NCBI RefSeq assembly: GCF_006345805.1
Contig: NC_042998.1
Coordinates: 53,010,001-53,074,000, forward strand
Origin: Octopus sinensis
Lineage: Eukaryota
Reading direction: 5' to 3'
Length of the DNA: 64,000 bases
The position numbers and the translations under genes are program-made. Positions 13,033 through 25,432 of the stretch are shown here, in pieces. The notes beneath the pieces were generated by a model. The model was not told the origin of the DNA. It worked only from the letters and a program-made list of their open reading frames with translations, and ran no database searches. Each line of letters begins with the position of its first letter. The first letter of the stretch is position 1.

Positions 13033-13475
13033 ACTGAGACTTATTAAATACTCTGTAATATTGGCACCATAATAACAGTACTAAAGAGGATAAATAAATA
13101 TATTGATTATAAAAACTAGCATCAAAGGTACTTAAAAAGTGTGTTAATTTATTTTGTTCTGCATTCTTTGTTTCTAACTTTCCAGACAATGCCTAAATCA
13201 AATATATGATTGTTACTGATAAAGCTAAACACATTTTAAAACTGTATTTTCTTGAATGTCATTTTAATTATTCAATTTTACTTAATATTGTATAAGCCAC
13301 AATTTTTTTTTTTTCATAATTATAACGTTAGTTTTTCTTTGATGTATTTTAATATAATTTATTATATTGAAGTATTTTGGAGGTGTACTTTCTTGGCAAG
13401 TGATTCGATCTGAGACTGTGGGTTGAAATTAAAATGACTACAACTTGGAAAGCAGACATTCAAAAACACACAAGA

Positions 13476-13684
13476 GGTGCAGGTATGGGTGTGTGGTGAG
13501 AAGCCTGCTTCGCAACCACATGGTTCTGGGTTCAGTCTCACTGTGTGGCACTTTGGACAATAGCCTTGGGCCAATCAAAGCTTTCTGAGGGGAATTGGTA
13601 GATGGAAACTGAAGGAAGCCTGTCATGTATTTATAAATATATATATATATATATATATGCATGTAAGTATGTATGTATGTATTT

Positions 13685-13718
<34 letters not shown>

Positions 13719-13925
13719 CTTTGTGTCTGTCCTCTCTACTATTGCTTGGCAACCAATGTTGGTGTGTTTATGTCCCCTGTAACTTTAGCAGTTCAGCAAA
13801 AGAGACTAGCAGAATAAGTACTAGGCTACAAAGAATAAGTTCTGGGGTCGATTTCATCGATAGAAACCCTTTAAGGTGGTGCTTCAGCATAGTTGTAGTT
13901 AAATGACTGAAACAAAAAAAAAATA
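13476..13925 (+). mobile_element. SINE family B, full length, with internal (TA)n(TG)n
   Basis: Homologous to 28344-28738. Confidence 0.9.
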
Positions 13926-15562
13926 AAAGGCTGCTAATTTCACTTAAACATTTATCATTTTTGGAGTTTAAATTTTTGCTGCACTACTCCAGGTTTAGTG
14001 GAATTATATCAGTGACCACGTCACAGTTAGTGTGACAAAAATTTTGACAACAAATAATAAATGTTTACTCAAAGTTAACACTCTTCAGTTATTTTTGAAT
14101 GGCCAATATGCATTCCTCCATGCTGCAATTGTTAAATAGAAGTAAATCTCTACAAATGAGTGTTGCAATGGTGGTAGTAATGATGATGATGATAATTTGA
14201 AGAATGTCAAAAACTATACATTAGCAAGAGAGGCAGTATTGATACTGTGTGGTAATGATTAGCTCCACTTGAACTTGGATGTTCTGTTAGAACAAACCAT
14301 ACTGCTGTAGATACCACGAGAGAAACCCTCATATAGGCTTTTGGTGCAAATGTCACTCTTATTTATATTGGTAGTGGGGAGATAAATCCTCACCATTCCA
14401 GCACTGAGACCCCCAGATCACATGAATTTGATCTTCCTTGGTCTTGTTGATGATGAATGCTTGACCACTAGAGATAGCAGCAACTCATCTCCCACTAGTG
14501 TCATATAGAAAAACATTGCCAATATATCTGCACAACCCTGAAATAGAAAAAAGTTTACTTGAACTATTCTTTTATTCTTTTACTCGTTTCAGTCATTTGA
14601 CTGCAGCCATGCTGGAGCACCACCTATACTAAGTTTCCTTTGACTTTTTATTTTTGTAAAATGATATTAGTTTATACCTTTACCATTCAGCTCCCTTCAT
14701 TATTCTACTTTAGAACCATTTGCAAAAGCTGTTATATATGTGTTTATTATTTGTATAGAAGACGCATTTATACATTTAACATATTTTTGTAGTGTTTTAC
14801 TAATGTTTGTAAAATGTAAACCAATTAATGTTTTCATTTTATACAAACATTAAAGTTCCATTATAGAAAATAATGGAAAAGATAACTTAAATCTCAAACA
14901 TATACTAAAATATTAAAGATATGTCCAAGAACTTTTATGACAATAAAAGATCTTGGATATTAATGCAGGATATCACTATTGTACATATACACTTTTTTAG
15001 TTTAATTTTGTTTATCTTTTGTTATTGCGGTAGAAGTTTATGATATTTAAGGAAGATAAGAAAATGGTGTTTACAGAAAAAAAAATGAGTGTTGTATTAA
15101 AGGGAAATGGCATAAGTAAAAATAAGATTACGAAATAAAAACTTTAAAAATTTGCCATTAGTATAACAGAACAGCTGATTTTTATTTGATCTGTTGTTTA
15201 TTTTCTTTCCATTAAGAAAGCAAACATAAGCCTTGCTCCAAAGGAAAAAACAAACAACTTAATTCCTGCCTTAAGGAGAAAACTGCACATGAAATTCATG
15301 CTATATGTTTCATATTTTTTGCATCATCCTAGCAAAGCATATAAGGAATGTAGAAGAATAACATTGTCATTATGGTTATTAGTCTAGGAAAGCAGCATAG
15401 CAGAACTTTAAAAAAATACAGGGAAGAAATAAAACAAAGATATCCTAATTTGATGACAACTGGTTTAAAATATGACTGAGGAAACATCCCTTGATATTAC
15501 TAAATATTACTATGGCAAACATTTGTTGATAGTGTTTGGGTAATAAATCTAATATTAAAATA

Positions 15563-15755
15563 AGGAAGGCAGCAAATTGGCAGAATCATTAGCAAGCCTG
15601 ATAAAATTCTAGTTGGCATTTTTATCCGTCTTTACATTCTTAATACAAATTCCACAGAGGTCAACTTTGTCTTTCATCCTTTCAGGGTCAATGTAATCAA
15701 CTAGCTCCTTCTCTCCCAACATTTCAGGCCTTGTGCCTATAGTAGAAAGGAATAT
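15563..15755 (+). mobile_element. SINE family A
   Basis: Family motifs. Confidence 0.8.
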
Positions 15756-16019
15756 TAGAATAAAGGAATAAACATATCACCTTCAATGCATGATTATAAT
15801 AGCTATGGAATATTTGACTGTGGACACCACAGAAAATATTGTTTTCATATGGTTCATCTAAGCTAAATTAATCTTGCTGAGCTCATTGTTACAGAAAATT
15901 ATATACACTAGATAATTTAAATATAGCAAGTTTTAAAACAATGCAGGCTTTGCAAATGTAAAATGAATCATGCCTCATTCTCCCATTTGTTCTTGGATGC
16001 AAAGCAAATTCAATATTAA

Positions 16020-16432
16020 TATATAATATAATATAATGAAATTATTGCATACAGTGCTCAGGTGCACCACAACTTGTCAAAAGTGCATATAAAGCATATA
16101 CAGTAATGTACAAATGTCTGGGAAGTGAACAGTGTATGAGTCAGATACATGCTTGTGTGTGTATGGAGGGGAGAAAATCAGGTGTAGTGTTGGTGAATCT
16201 CAGGAAGCATGGAAGTTTTGAAGGACGCAGTACTCTGATAACTAACAACTGATGTAGGCAGTTTGTTCTGTGCTTCAGCAACTCTTAGCGTGAAAAAATG
16301 TTTCCAAAAGTCATGGGAACTGTGCTGTTTTCTGACTTTGTAAACATGTCCATGGGTGTTAGACAGGTGGTACAAATGTTTCTTGATTTGCTTGTAAGGA
16401 TTGTCCTTATGTTCATAAGACAACTGTTATCA
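16020..16432 (-). mobile_element. CR1-clade-like LINE 3' end
   Basis: Encodes HFFTLRVAEAQNKLP, resembling the CR1-type FFxxRVxxxWNxLP terminus; second copy at 30560-30868; (ATT)n tail. Confidence 0.75.
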
Positions 16433-16445
16433 TATATTCTCCCTG

Positions 16446-17222
16446 ATCTCATTCATAGGCGCAGGTATAGTTGTTTAGTGAAGAAGCTCATTTTGCAACC
16501 TTGTTGTTTCAGATTCAGTTCCAGTCTATGGTATCTTGGTAAAGTGTCTTCTATAGCTAGTGGTCTGCCAATGCTCTGTAAGAGAATTTGGTAAATGGGA
16601 ATTGTGTGAAAGCTCATTGTGTATATGCGTGTGTGTGTATGTATGTATGTGCACATTTGTTTCGTGTTTGATTTTGTCACTCAACCGCTTGTCAAACAGG
16701 GTTGTTGTACATCCTTGTAACTTAAAAGTTTGGCAAAAAAGATCAGTAAATTAAGTCCAAACTGGAGAAAATAAGTACTGGGATCGATTTGTTTGATTAA
16801 ACCCATGGTTCTCAACCAGGGTCCATATGGTCCCTGAGGGTCGTATAAGATTTGCGGGGCCCACACAACAAAATAATAAACTAGGATCTACAATAGTATT
16901 TTAAGGGCCTCTGAAAAAGTTTTTGCTCTAGATGTATACATTAGTATTAAAAGCAATGAAACAGCTAGGATTCTTTCTCTAGCGTTTTACACAGTTCAGC
17001 CTACACAAGTTTATGTGTCTGAAATGAAATAGGAATTTTGAAAGAAGTGTTTATAAAACTAGTTTTTAAACAACAAATAATTAGGGGGTGCGGTTCACCA
17101 AAATAAAATAATAACCAAAAGGGTCCATAGATAAGAAATGGTTGAGAACCCCTGGGTTAAACCATTCAAGACGGTGTCAAAACATGGCCACAGTCCAATG
17201 ACTGAAACAAGTAACGAAAAAA
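16446..17222 (+). mobile_element. SINE family B, interrupted by a hAT MITE
   Basis: Body resumes after 17162 (cattcaagacggtg...). Confidence 0.8.
16803..17154 (+). mobile_element. hAT-type MITE
   Basis: TIRs ccatggttctcaacc / ggttgagaacccctg; 8-bp TSD gattaaac / ggttaaac. Confidence 0.85.
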
Positions 17223-17590
17223 AAAGGGAACATTCCTTATGTTGTTGTCATTTAAAAAAAATTATGTAAATGAAATAAGGCCTGGTATGACTTAACCGTC
17301 ACAGCCCACAAATATTCAAAGTAATGGAGTAATTGTATAGAAGTAAAACTGTAGATACAAGGAAATTAAAAGAATTGATATTTAGACCCCTACAGAGTTA
17401 GAGATCATGATAATATTCACTGTCAAAGAATAAAGTATGGGACATGGATCATTGACTGTATTGGGATATAGATAGCTTACCAGAAGGTCTTGTCAGAAAA
17501 GACAAGCATGAAACCTTTTGAAAGTTAAGTATCCTTCAAGATATATATATATATATAATGCAGTGGGTTACAAACTTAACACTTAAGCAT

Positions 17591-17990
17591 TTAACCCTTT
17601 AGCATTTAGATTATTCTATTAAATGTAATGCTTATTTAGTGAAGGCACTTGGCTTAGTGGTTAGGGTACTTGGCTCATGATTGTAAGGCCATGAGTTCAA
17701 TTCCCAGTGACACGTTGTGCCCTTGAGCAAGACAGTTTATTTCATGTTGCTCCAGTCTACTCAATGAGTTTTATTTCAAAGCGCTATCCTTGTCACATCC
17801 TGTGTCATACTGAATCTCCCTGCAAACTACATTAAGGGTACACTTGTTTGTGCAGTGCTCAACCAGTTGCACGTTGGTTTCACTAACAGGTTGTTCTGTT
17901 GACTGGGTCAACAGGAACCCTCATTGTCATAACTGGTGCAGTGCTACTTAATGCTTATTTATTCACATTGTTTTGAATTTAATCATGCAT
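17591..17990 (+). mobile_element. TTAA-CCC-ended MITE (piggyBac-like ends), split by a SINE
   Basis: Starts ttaaccctttagc; homologous to 48620-49056, 58128-58262 and 61783-62340. Confidence 0.7.
17639..17948 (+). mobile_element. tRNA-derived SINE family E with 13-bp TSD
   Basis: TSD taatgcttattta at 17626-17638 and 17949-17961; homologous to 61267-61646. Confidence 0.85.
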
Positions 17991-18044
17991 TTTGTCCACT
18001 GTATATATGATGCTGCAAGCTTGCTGCCATAACAACATTAATAA

Positions 18045-18262
18045 TGGTTCCAAATTTTGGCCCAAGGCCAGAAATTTCGGTGGAAGGGTTAAGTCAATTA
18101 CATTGACTCCTGTGCTCAACAGGTACTTATTGTATCGATCCTGAGAGGATAAAAGGCAAAGTGAACCTTAGCGGAATTTGAACTTAGAACATAAAGACAG
18201 ACAAAACGTCATTAAGCATTTTGCTCAGTGTGTTAACGATTCAACCAATTCATCACCTTATC
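18045..18262 (-). mobile_element. SINE family A
   Basis: Family motifs. Confidence 0.85.
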
Positions 18263-18319
18263 AGTAATAATAATAACAATAATGATAATAATAATAACAA
18301 TAATAATAATAAAGATAAT

Positions 18320-19150
18320 TGTCCCTTTGCATGACCTAGATTGATTATGGAAAAGCATTTGGTGGAATACCACATTCTCGAATAAAAAAGATATTTCGAA
18401 TTAAATGAAGCATCCCTAACAATAAAATAACTCTACCATGTTGAAATGAAAACTGACCATATCCCTACAAAGCAAAGAGAAGATATTTTCAACCAGCCCT
18501 GTACCCACATGAAAAGAAATATTCCTGAGAGATTCATTGTCTTCTACTCTTCTGCTTAGCTCTTACTCCTTTGATAATTCTATAGCACAAAATGATCAAT
18601 AAATGGTGTTAGATGTTATAAACAAACTATAAAACATCTCTATGTAGATGACTTTAAAATATTCACAAGTGATATTACCCAGTTTAAAAAATTATGAAAT
18701 ATTGTTCATAAATTCAACCAAGACATAAAAATGAGTGTGTGATTAGGAAAATGTACACAAGCTACTATTAGTAGATGAAAATTAACTTCAAAAACTGAGA
18801 ACATTAAATTAGATACAGACACTGAAATCAAAGAATGAAACTAGAACCACTGATATTTATACTTAAGAATAGATGAAGCTAATAAGATGCTACACATAGA
18901 AAATTAGAAAAGTGGAGTCAGATTAAAATTATTACCTGAACTTAACGCTAAAAATAACAGTTATAAATACACTAGCCATCCCAATTATAAAGTACAGCTT
19001 CAACATAACAAATTGGAAGTGAAGAGCTTAGGCAGAAAAACCAGGAAACTTCTAACAACATTGTAAATAAACTGATATAAATAGAAGATACTTAACCTGC
19101 AAACAGAGAGGATGGGTGTTTGATGCAAATAGAAAACTATTATAAAAATA
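18320..19150 (+). pseudogene. Decayed reverse transcriptase of an R4/Dong-like non-LTR retrotransposon
   Basis: Broken frames give IDYGKAFGGIPHS, IFLRDSLS, HLYVDDFKIF, INTLAIPIIKYSFNITNW and LGRKTRKLLT; many stops and frameshifts. Confidence 0.7.
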
Positions 19151-19241
19151 AAATCAAGCAAGTGGAAAATGACTAGTGTAAAAAAAATAACAGAAAGTAT
19201 AGAAACGTGTGTGTGTGTGTATACATATAGTTATACATATG

Positions 19242-19272
<31 letters not shown>

Positions 19273-19283
19273 GTATATCAAAT

Positions 19284-19376
19284 TAAGGTGATTAAAATCA
19301 AAACAAGCAACAAGGATATCCAGAGGTAATGCAATAAGGGATATCCTAGTTGCTTATTTTGATTTTAATCACCTTA
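19284..19376. repeat. 38-bp inverted repeat with 17-nt spacer
   Basis: 19284-19321 versus 19339-19376, 2 mismatches. Confidence 0.9.
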
Positions 19377-19473
19377 TTTTGAAATTGTATGGATAATACC
19401 ATACTAAATTCTGGTGCCTCAACTTAAGTACCATATTCATCTGAATCTAAATTTTTACTTTATATATATAGGT

Positions 19474-19523
19474 ATCCAACCCATGCTAGCATGGAAAGCG
19501 GACGCTAAACGATGATGATGATG
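19474..19523 (+). mobile_element. Severely 5'-truncated RTE 3' end with 6-bp TSD
   Basis: ccaacccatgctagcatggaaagcggacgctaaac(gat)n; TSD ataggt at 19468-19473 and 19524-19529. Confidence 0.8.
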
Positions 19524-19900
19524 ATAGGTGCTGGCATGGCTGTGTGGTAAGAAGCTTGCTTCCCAACCACATGGTTCTAGGTTCAGTCTTGCTATGTATC
19601 ACCTTGGGTAAGTGCCTTCTACTATAGCCTTAGGTTGACCAAAACCTTGTGAGTTGATTTGGTAGACAGAAACTGAAAGAAACCCGTTGTATATACATGT
19701 GTGTGTGTGTGTCTGCGTTTGTCACCTGCCATCACCTGACAACCAATGTTGGTGTGTTTATGTCCCCCTAACTTAGTGGTTTGGCAAAAGAGACTGCTAG
19801 AATAAGTTCTAGGCTTACAAAGAGTAAGTCCTGGGATCAATTTCTTCGACTAAGACAGTGCTCCAGCACAGCTACAGTAAAATGGTTGGAAAAAGTAAAA
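19524..19900 (+). mobile_element. SINE family B
   Basis: Full family body. Confidence 0.85.
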
Positions 19901-20504
19901 GAATAAAAGAGCATGTATACATACATACATACATATATATATATATACACATACACACACATGCATATGTCTATACATATATTCATATATACATATAGAT
20001 GTATCTATCTGTCTATATATATATATATGAAATGATAAAATATAAACTGGAAGCTAACTAACTATACTGAAGTTTTAAATAAAGGCAAAATAATATTCTT
20101 TTAAATATTAAACAAAATTTTTTAAAAATCCAAAATATACCAAAGATAAAACTGGAGAGAAAGACTACTTTATGGCAAATATTCTGCAAGGCAGAGGAGA
20201 ATTGAACAAGAGTGAAAGGTAATAATTTTTTTGAAATATGGTATAAAAGCAAAATCAGATTGTTGTTTGATTTTAATTGGATATGACCAATTTCAAGCCT
20301 TTTGTAATGACAAAAATAGAAAGATACTAACATCAAGGGCAGACTGTTCAACCAATAAAATGTAACAGCTAACTTCATTTCTTGTTACTTAGTTCTTGTC
20401 AAGTCTAAATTTAATCACAGGCATGATCAAACTTGAAAATGAAAATACGATAAGTGAGATTTCAACACAGAATATGAAGAGCTGAAAAAAATACCAGCAA
20501 ATAT

Positions 20505-20935
20505 TCTGCTCAATACCACAGATTTGCTTGTCAGTTGCTTGATCTTAACCAGTTGAGCATGTCCCTTAGTGGCTTGTGATATGTGCATCTCTGATCATGG
20601 GTGTGCATCATAGCCATGTGTTAAGAGGGATTCTTTGGGGTTTGAATAATTCACCTCTGGAAACATGGATGTTTTGTTCAACATCCTTAAACAACCCTTA
20701 TTCAGAGACCTTTTGAACAGGATGGGTTACTCGACCAGAAGAAAATTCTAACTGAGCCCCACCTGCAAGGTCATGTGCTGTTTATCTTGATATGAGATCA
20801 CCATGTCACGCACACATGGTTAAGATGCATATGCCTAGTGAACCCTTATCAGACGGGTAGTCATGATGGGTATACTGGGTTTCATATATTTTACCCCAGT
20901 GTCACTTTGATGTCATGCACTGCTCTCTTACTCAA
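20505..20935. mobile_element. Unclassified non-coding interspersed repeat (family H)
   Basis: Collinear with 50803-51272; both abut (AAT)n on the right. Confidence 0.8.
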
Positions 20936-20971
20936 TAACAACAACAATAATAATAATAATAATGATAATAA

Positions 20972-21185
20972 TCTCTTCTACTTTAATCACAAGGCTCAAA
21001 ATTTTGGGGGAGGGGGCCAGTTGATTAGATCGACCCTAGTACACAATTGGTATTTAATTTATTGACCTCAAAAGGATGAAAGGCAAAGTTGGCCGTAACA
21101 GCATTTGAATTCAGAATGTAAAGACAAACAAAATGCCACTAAACATTTTGCCTGGCGTGCTAATAATTTTGCCAGCTCTCTATCT
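20972..21185 (-). mobile_element. SINE family A
   Basis: Family motifs. Confidence 0.85.
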
Positions 21186-21194
21186 TAAATAATA

Positions 21195-21231
21195 TACCTT
21201 CGTGAAGAGTTGCATCAATCTTTACAAAATA

Positions 21232-21269
<38 letters not shown>

Positions 21270-21515
21270 AATAATAATATTTTATAAAGATTGATGCAAC
21301 TCTTCACGAAGGTAAATAGACAATAAGAAGAGCATGATGCGATTTGTAATAGATTGTTTATTTAATGGCTTGAACTATATTTCAATAGATCATCTGTCTT
21401 CTTCAGGTTCAAAATCTAAAATGAAAACAACTGCAGAAACACAGAAATTCAAAATATAAACGAGGAAATTCTGCCTTCCTATTTTCATAGGAAGGCATCA
21501 TCAGTATTGAATTTT
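21195..21515 (-). mobile_element. Penelope-like terminal-repeat fragment with a fold-back end
   Basis: Hammerhead motif at 21370-21412, aaataaa motif downstream on the minus strand, inverted terminal duplication 21195-21314. Confidence 0.55.
21370..21412 (-). ncRNA. Minimal type I hammerhead ribozyme motif
   Basis: Minus strand: TTGAAC-CTGAAGA-A-GACAG atgat CTATT-GAAA-T-ATA^-GTTCAA; 6-bp stem I, imperfect stem II, palindromic ATAT stem III. Confidence 0.6.
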
Positions 21516-21519
21516 GTAA

Positions 21520-21660
21520 TTGGTAAAAGGAAAAAGAATGAAAAAAAGGATGAAAAGCAAAGTTGACCTCAGTGGAATTTGAACACAGAAGGTCAAGACA
21601 GATGAAATGCCACTAAGCATTTTGTCTGGTGTGTTAATGATTCTGCAAGCTTGCTGCATT
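21520..21660 (-). mobile_element. SINE family A, partial
   Basis: Family motifs. Confidence 0.75.
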
Positions 21661-21977
21661 AATAATAATAATGGTGATAACTTCATGAAAGTTTGGGAGT
21701 GAACTGTAATTATAAGACATAAAACAACTGAATATTTATTGTAGGATCTTGTAAATTTTAGCTAGCATAACAATTATGTTTTCTAAAATTCATTGTTGAC
21801 CTGCCTTAGTTAGGGTTAATAACTGTAAACAATAACAGAGCACAATAGCAATGTTTAGGAGAAAGTTATTAATTGAAAAGAATATATTCATAGAAGAAAT
21901 TACACTCAAAATTTTAAATGAACAGAGAGAGAAAATATAATGCAGAGACAGGAAAATAAGTAAGAAGATAATAGATA

Positions 21978-22190
21978 GATTTCAAATTCTGGCACAAGGC
22001 CAGCAATTTCAGAGTAGGAGGTAAGTTCACTACATCGATTTCAGTGCCCAACTGGCACTTATTTTATCGACCTCGAAAGAGTGAAAGGCTAAGTCAACCT
22101 TGGCAGTATTTGAACTCAGAACTTAAAGATGGATGAAATAGCACTAAGTATTTTGCCCAATGTGCTAACGGTTCTATGAGCTCAACACCA
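21978..22190 (-). mobile_element. SINE family A
   Basis: Family motifs. Confidence 0.85.
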
Positions 22191-22351
22191 CAAATAATAA
22201 TAATCATAATAATAATAATAATAATAAGATAATAGTGATGTAAGTTTGATTAATCTGTGAATAATATTTTTCATGTGTAACATGATGATGACAATGATGA
22301 GGGTGATGAAGGTGATAATGAATTCGATAATATTATAAAGAAAGTGAAAAA

Positions 22352-22750
22352 GGAGGCATGGCAGTGTGGCAAACAGTTTATTTTCCAACCACATGGGTCT
22401 GGGTTCAGTCCCACTGCATGGCATCTTGGGCAGGTGCCACTACTGTAGTACTGGGTTGACCAAAGCCTTGTGAGTGGAAACTGAAAGAAACCCATCATGT
22501 GTGTGTGTGTGTGTGTGTGTGAATCTATGCGTTAGTGTTTGTCCTCCACTGCTTGACACCCAGTGTTGGTTTGTTTACATCTCCATAAATTTGCAGTTTG
22601 GCAAAAAGAAACCAATAGAAAAAGTATCAGGCTTTTTTTTAAAAAAACAAATGAGTACAGCAGTTGTTGATTTTTGCTTGACAGAATCTGCCATGGTAGT
22701 GCTCCAGTATGGTCTCACCCCAATGACTGAAACAAGCAAAGAATAAAAGA
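22352..22750 (+). mobile_element. SINE family B
   Basis: Full family body. Confidence 0.85.
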
Positions 22751-23466
22751 TAAATACTAATAAGATTGATGGAAATAATAACAATAATCAGATACCACCA
22801 GAAGCCTGCTATCAGACTGTACCTTATCTGGCGACAAATGCTATCACCTTTCATTGGTTCCGGTAATAGTTCTTAGCTTTCTGCAATATATGTGCCTGTG
22901 GGAAGATGGGTGGGGAAGATACTTCTATTATGAGAAACAGTAAAAAAAGAAAACGAGAACCTTGGATCCAGCATTGCCAGTATAAATATCAACAAAAGAT
23001 AAATATATTGTATACATTTCCAGATGCTCTCATATCCCTACAATGGCATCAAATGATTCCAAACCCAGAAGATATTATCACTAGATATAGTACAAAGAGA
23101 ATGAGGAAGACGAAAATTATCATAAAGTATTTATAAATTCTTTTGTTTTATTCTCATATATTTATGTGTGTGAGTGTGTGTGTGTATGTAGGTATATTAT
23201 ATGTATTATATGTATATATCTGTATATGTAGGTACATTTATATGTGTATATGTATATGTGTGTGTATATATGCATACATATGTATATAAACACACACATA
23301 TATATATATATAAAGAACATTCAAGTTTCATTTTTATATCTGTCTCACATTTGTTTCCAAGAACTGACAATTTTTCTGATAAAAGAAGAGACTGAATGAA
23401 ATATTTCACCTAAGCACATATATCCAAGTATACACGTGTGCAGTTTCATATATTCACACACACACA

Positions 23467-23511
<45 letters not shown>

Positions 23512-23644
23512 ACACACACACACAGTACAATCACATACACAAATCTATATAAATACTGAAATGAAAAATCAGATGACATTACTTTTATTTCCACTTTTAC
23601 AGATGAACAACTATAAATTTCCACATTTCTGGATGAATATATGT

Positions 23645-23950
23645 TTAGGCATGGCTATGTGGTAAGAAGTTGGCTTCTCAAAAGAATGATTCTAGGCTCA
23701 GTCCTATGGCATTGCACCTTGGGCAAGTATCTTTTACTATAGCTCCATGAGTGGATTTGGTAGATGGTAACTGAAAGAAGCCTCATCATCATCGTTTAAC
23801 GTCCGCTTTCCATGCTAGAATGGGTTGGACGATTTGACTGAGGACTGGCAAACCAGATGGCTGCACTAGGCTTCAATCTGATCTGGCAGAGTTTCTACAG
23901 CTGGATGCCCTTCCTAATGCCAACCCCTCCAAGAGTGTAGTGGGTGCAAA
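23645..23950. mobile_element. SINE family B 5' part (+) joined to an RTE 3' end (-)
   Basis: B body ends at gaaagaagcc, then (cat)n cgtttaacgtccgctttccatgctag. Confidence 0.8.
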
Positions 23951-24627
23951 AAAGTGCTACTAACATTTTCATGCTGTAGAGATACAAGAATTTAACTGAT
24001 TTATATAAATTGTTATGTGTCACCAAGCAATCTTTCAGGCTCAGTGAAAACTGTTAGACCTATTTTGAAATTCAGGATGCTGGTCCTTGAGAAAACATGA
24101 GAAATCAAAAACCAAGAAGAAAAGCATGAAGTAGATTCATGCAAAAAGTGAAATAAGAAGAAAGAAAAGAAAAGTAAGAAAAACAGGATGTCTCTTTTGT
24201 CTTAGAAATCAATTTTTGCATCAACCTTCTTTACATTTTTCTTTTCATTTTTCTCATTTTCCTTTAGCTGTAGTGAACATTTTTAGTTGTTCCTAAAGCT
24301 GAAATCCACATCAGTTTTATTTGGTAAAACATATCAAAGAAATCTCTCTATGAGAGTTTCATTCTCATTCCTAAAGCAGAAAATATCTCATAAAAAGTGT
24401 ATCAACAGTGGAAGGAAATATTCTAAATGAGAACAAGTCTGATTAGTTCCACAGTAAAGCAATGCATTTGGTTTTCAAAAAGCTTTCCTTTCAACAGGTC
24501 TTATACTTGCTATTTGTCAAAGCTGATTGGTCACTATTGAATCTTACTGGTTACTTATTATAAATATATACTGATGGAGAGTATACTTGTCATCTTCCCT
24601 ACTACCACCATCATAACAGTAAAAAAT

Positions 24628-24846
24628 AATGGCTTTGAATTTTGGTACAAAGCAAGAAATTTTAAGAGAGAGGAGTAAGTTAATTACATAGACCCCAGTG
24701 CTCATCTGGTACTTATTTTATCAATACCAAAAGGATGAAAGGCAAAGTTGATCTCAGCAACATTTGAACATAGAATGTAAAGACAAACAAAATGCCTCTA
24801 AACACTTTGCTCAGTGGGCTAACAGTTTTGCCAGTTCTCCACCTTA
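24628..24846 (-). mobile_element. SINE family A
   Basis: Family motifs. Confidence 0.8.
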
Positions 24847-24981
24847 GATAATAATAATAACAATAATACTATAAATACTTTCTCTATTTACAACTAAGGT
24901 TTCACAAAAAGAAAAATACTGGGGACAGTATAGGATAATATTATGTGGGGTTACATAAATAAACATAAAAGAAAGAAGTGT

Positions 24982-25315
24982 AAAGACTCCCTTTGGTCAT
25001 GAATGACCATGAGATTTTCATAGAAGGATCCCCTCTGAGACACAATTCTGGGCAAGGTTGTCTATGGAAGACCAGCAGTTGCTCATGCATACCAGCCTCC
25101 CCTCTCAATTCCACCGGTGTTATCCAAGAGAAAGGCAAAGGCTGATACAGCTTGGCACCAGTGATGTTGCAACTCATTTCTACAGCTGAGTGAACTGGAG
25201 CAAGATGAAATAAAATGTCTTGCTCAAGAACACAACACACAGCCCAGTCCGGGAATCAAACTCACTATCTCATGATTGTGCACTCGACACTCTAACCACT
25301 GAGTCATGTGCCTTC
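24982..25315 (-). mobile_element. SINE family D
   Basis: Reverse complement of 3138-3444. Confidence 0.85.
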
Positions 25316-25317
25316 CT

Positions 25318-25432
25318 AATAATCATAATAATATTGATAATAATAGTGAATAATAATAATAATAATAATAATAATATAATAATAATAATAATACTGAAGA
25401 AGAAGAAGAAGAAGAAGAAGAAGAAGAAGAAC
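25318..25432. repeat. Compound (AAT)n(AAG)n microsatellite
   Basis: Direct. Confidence 0.95.
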
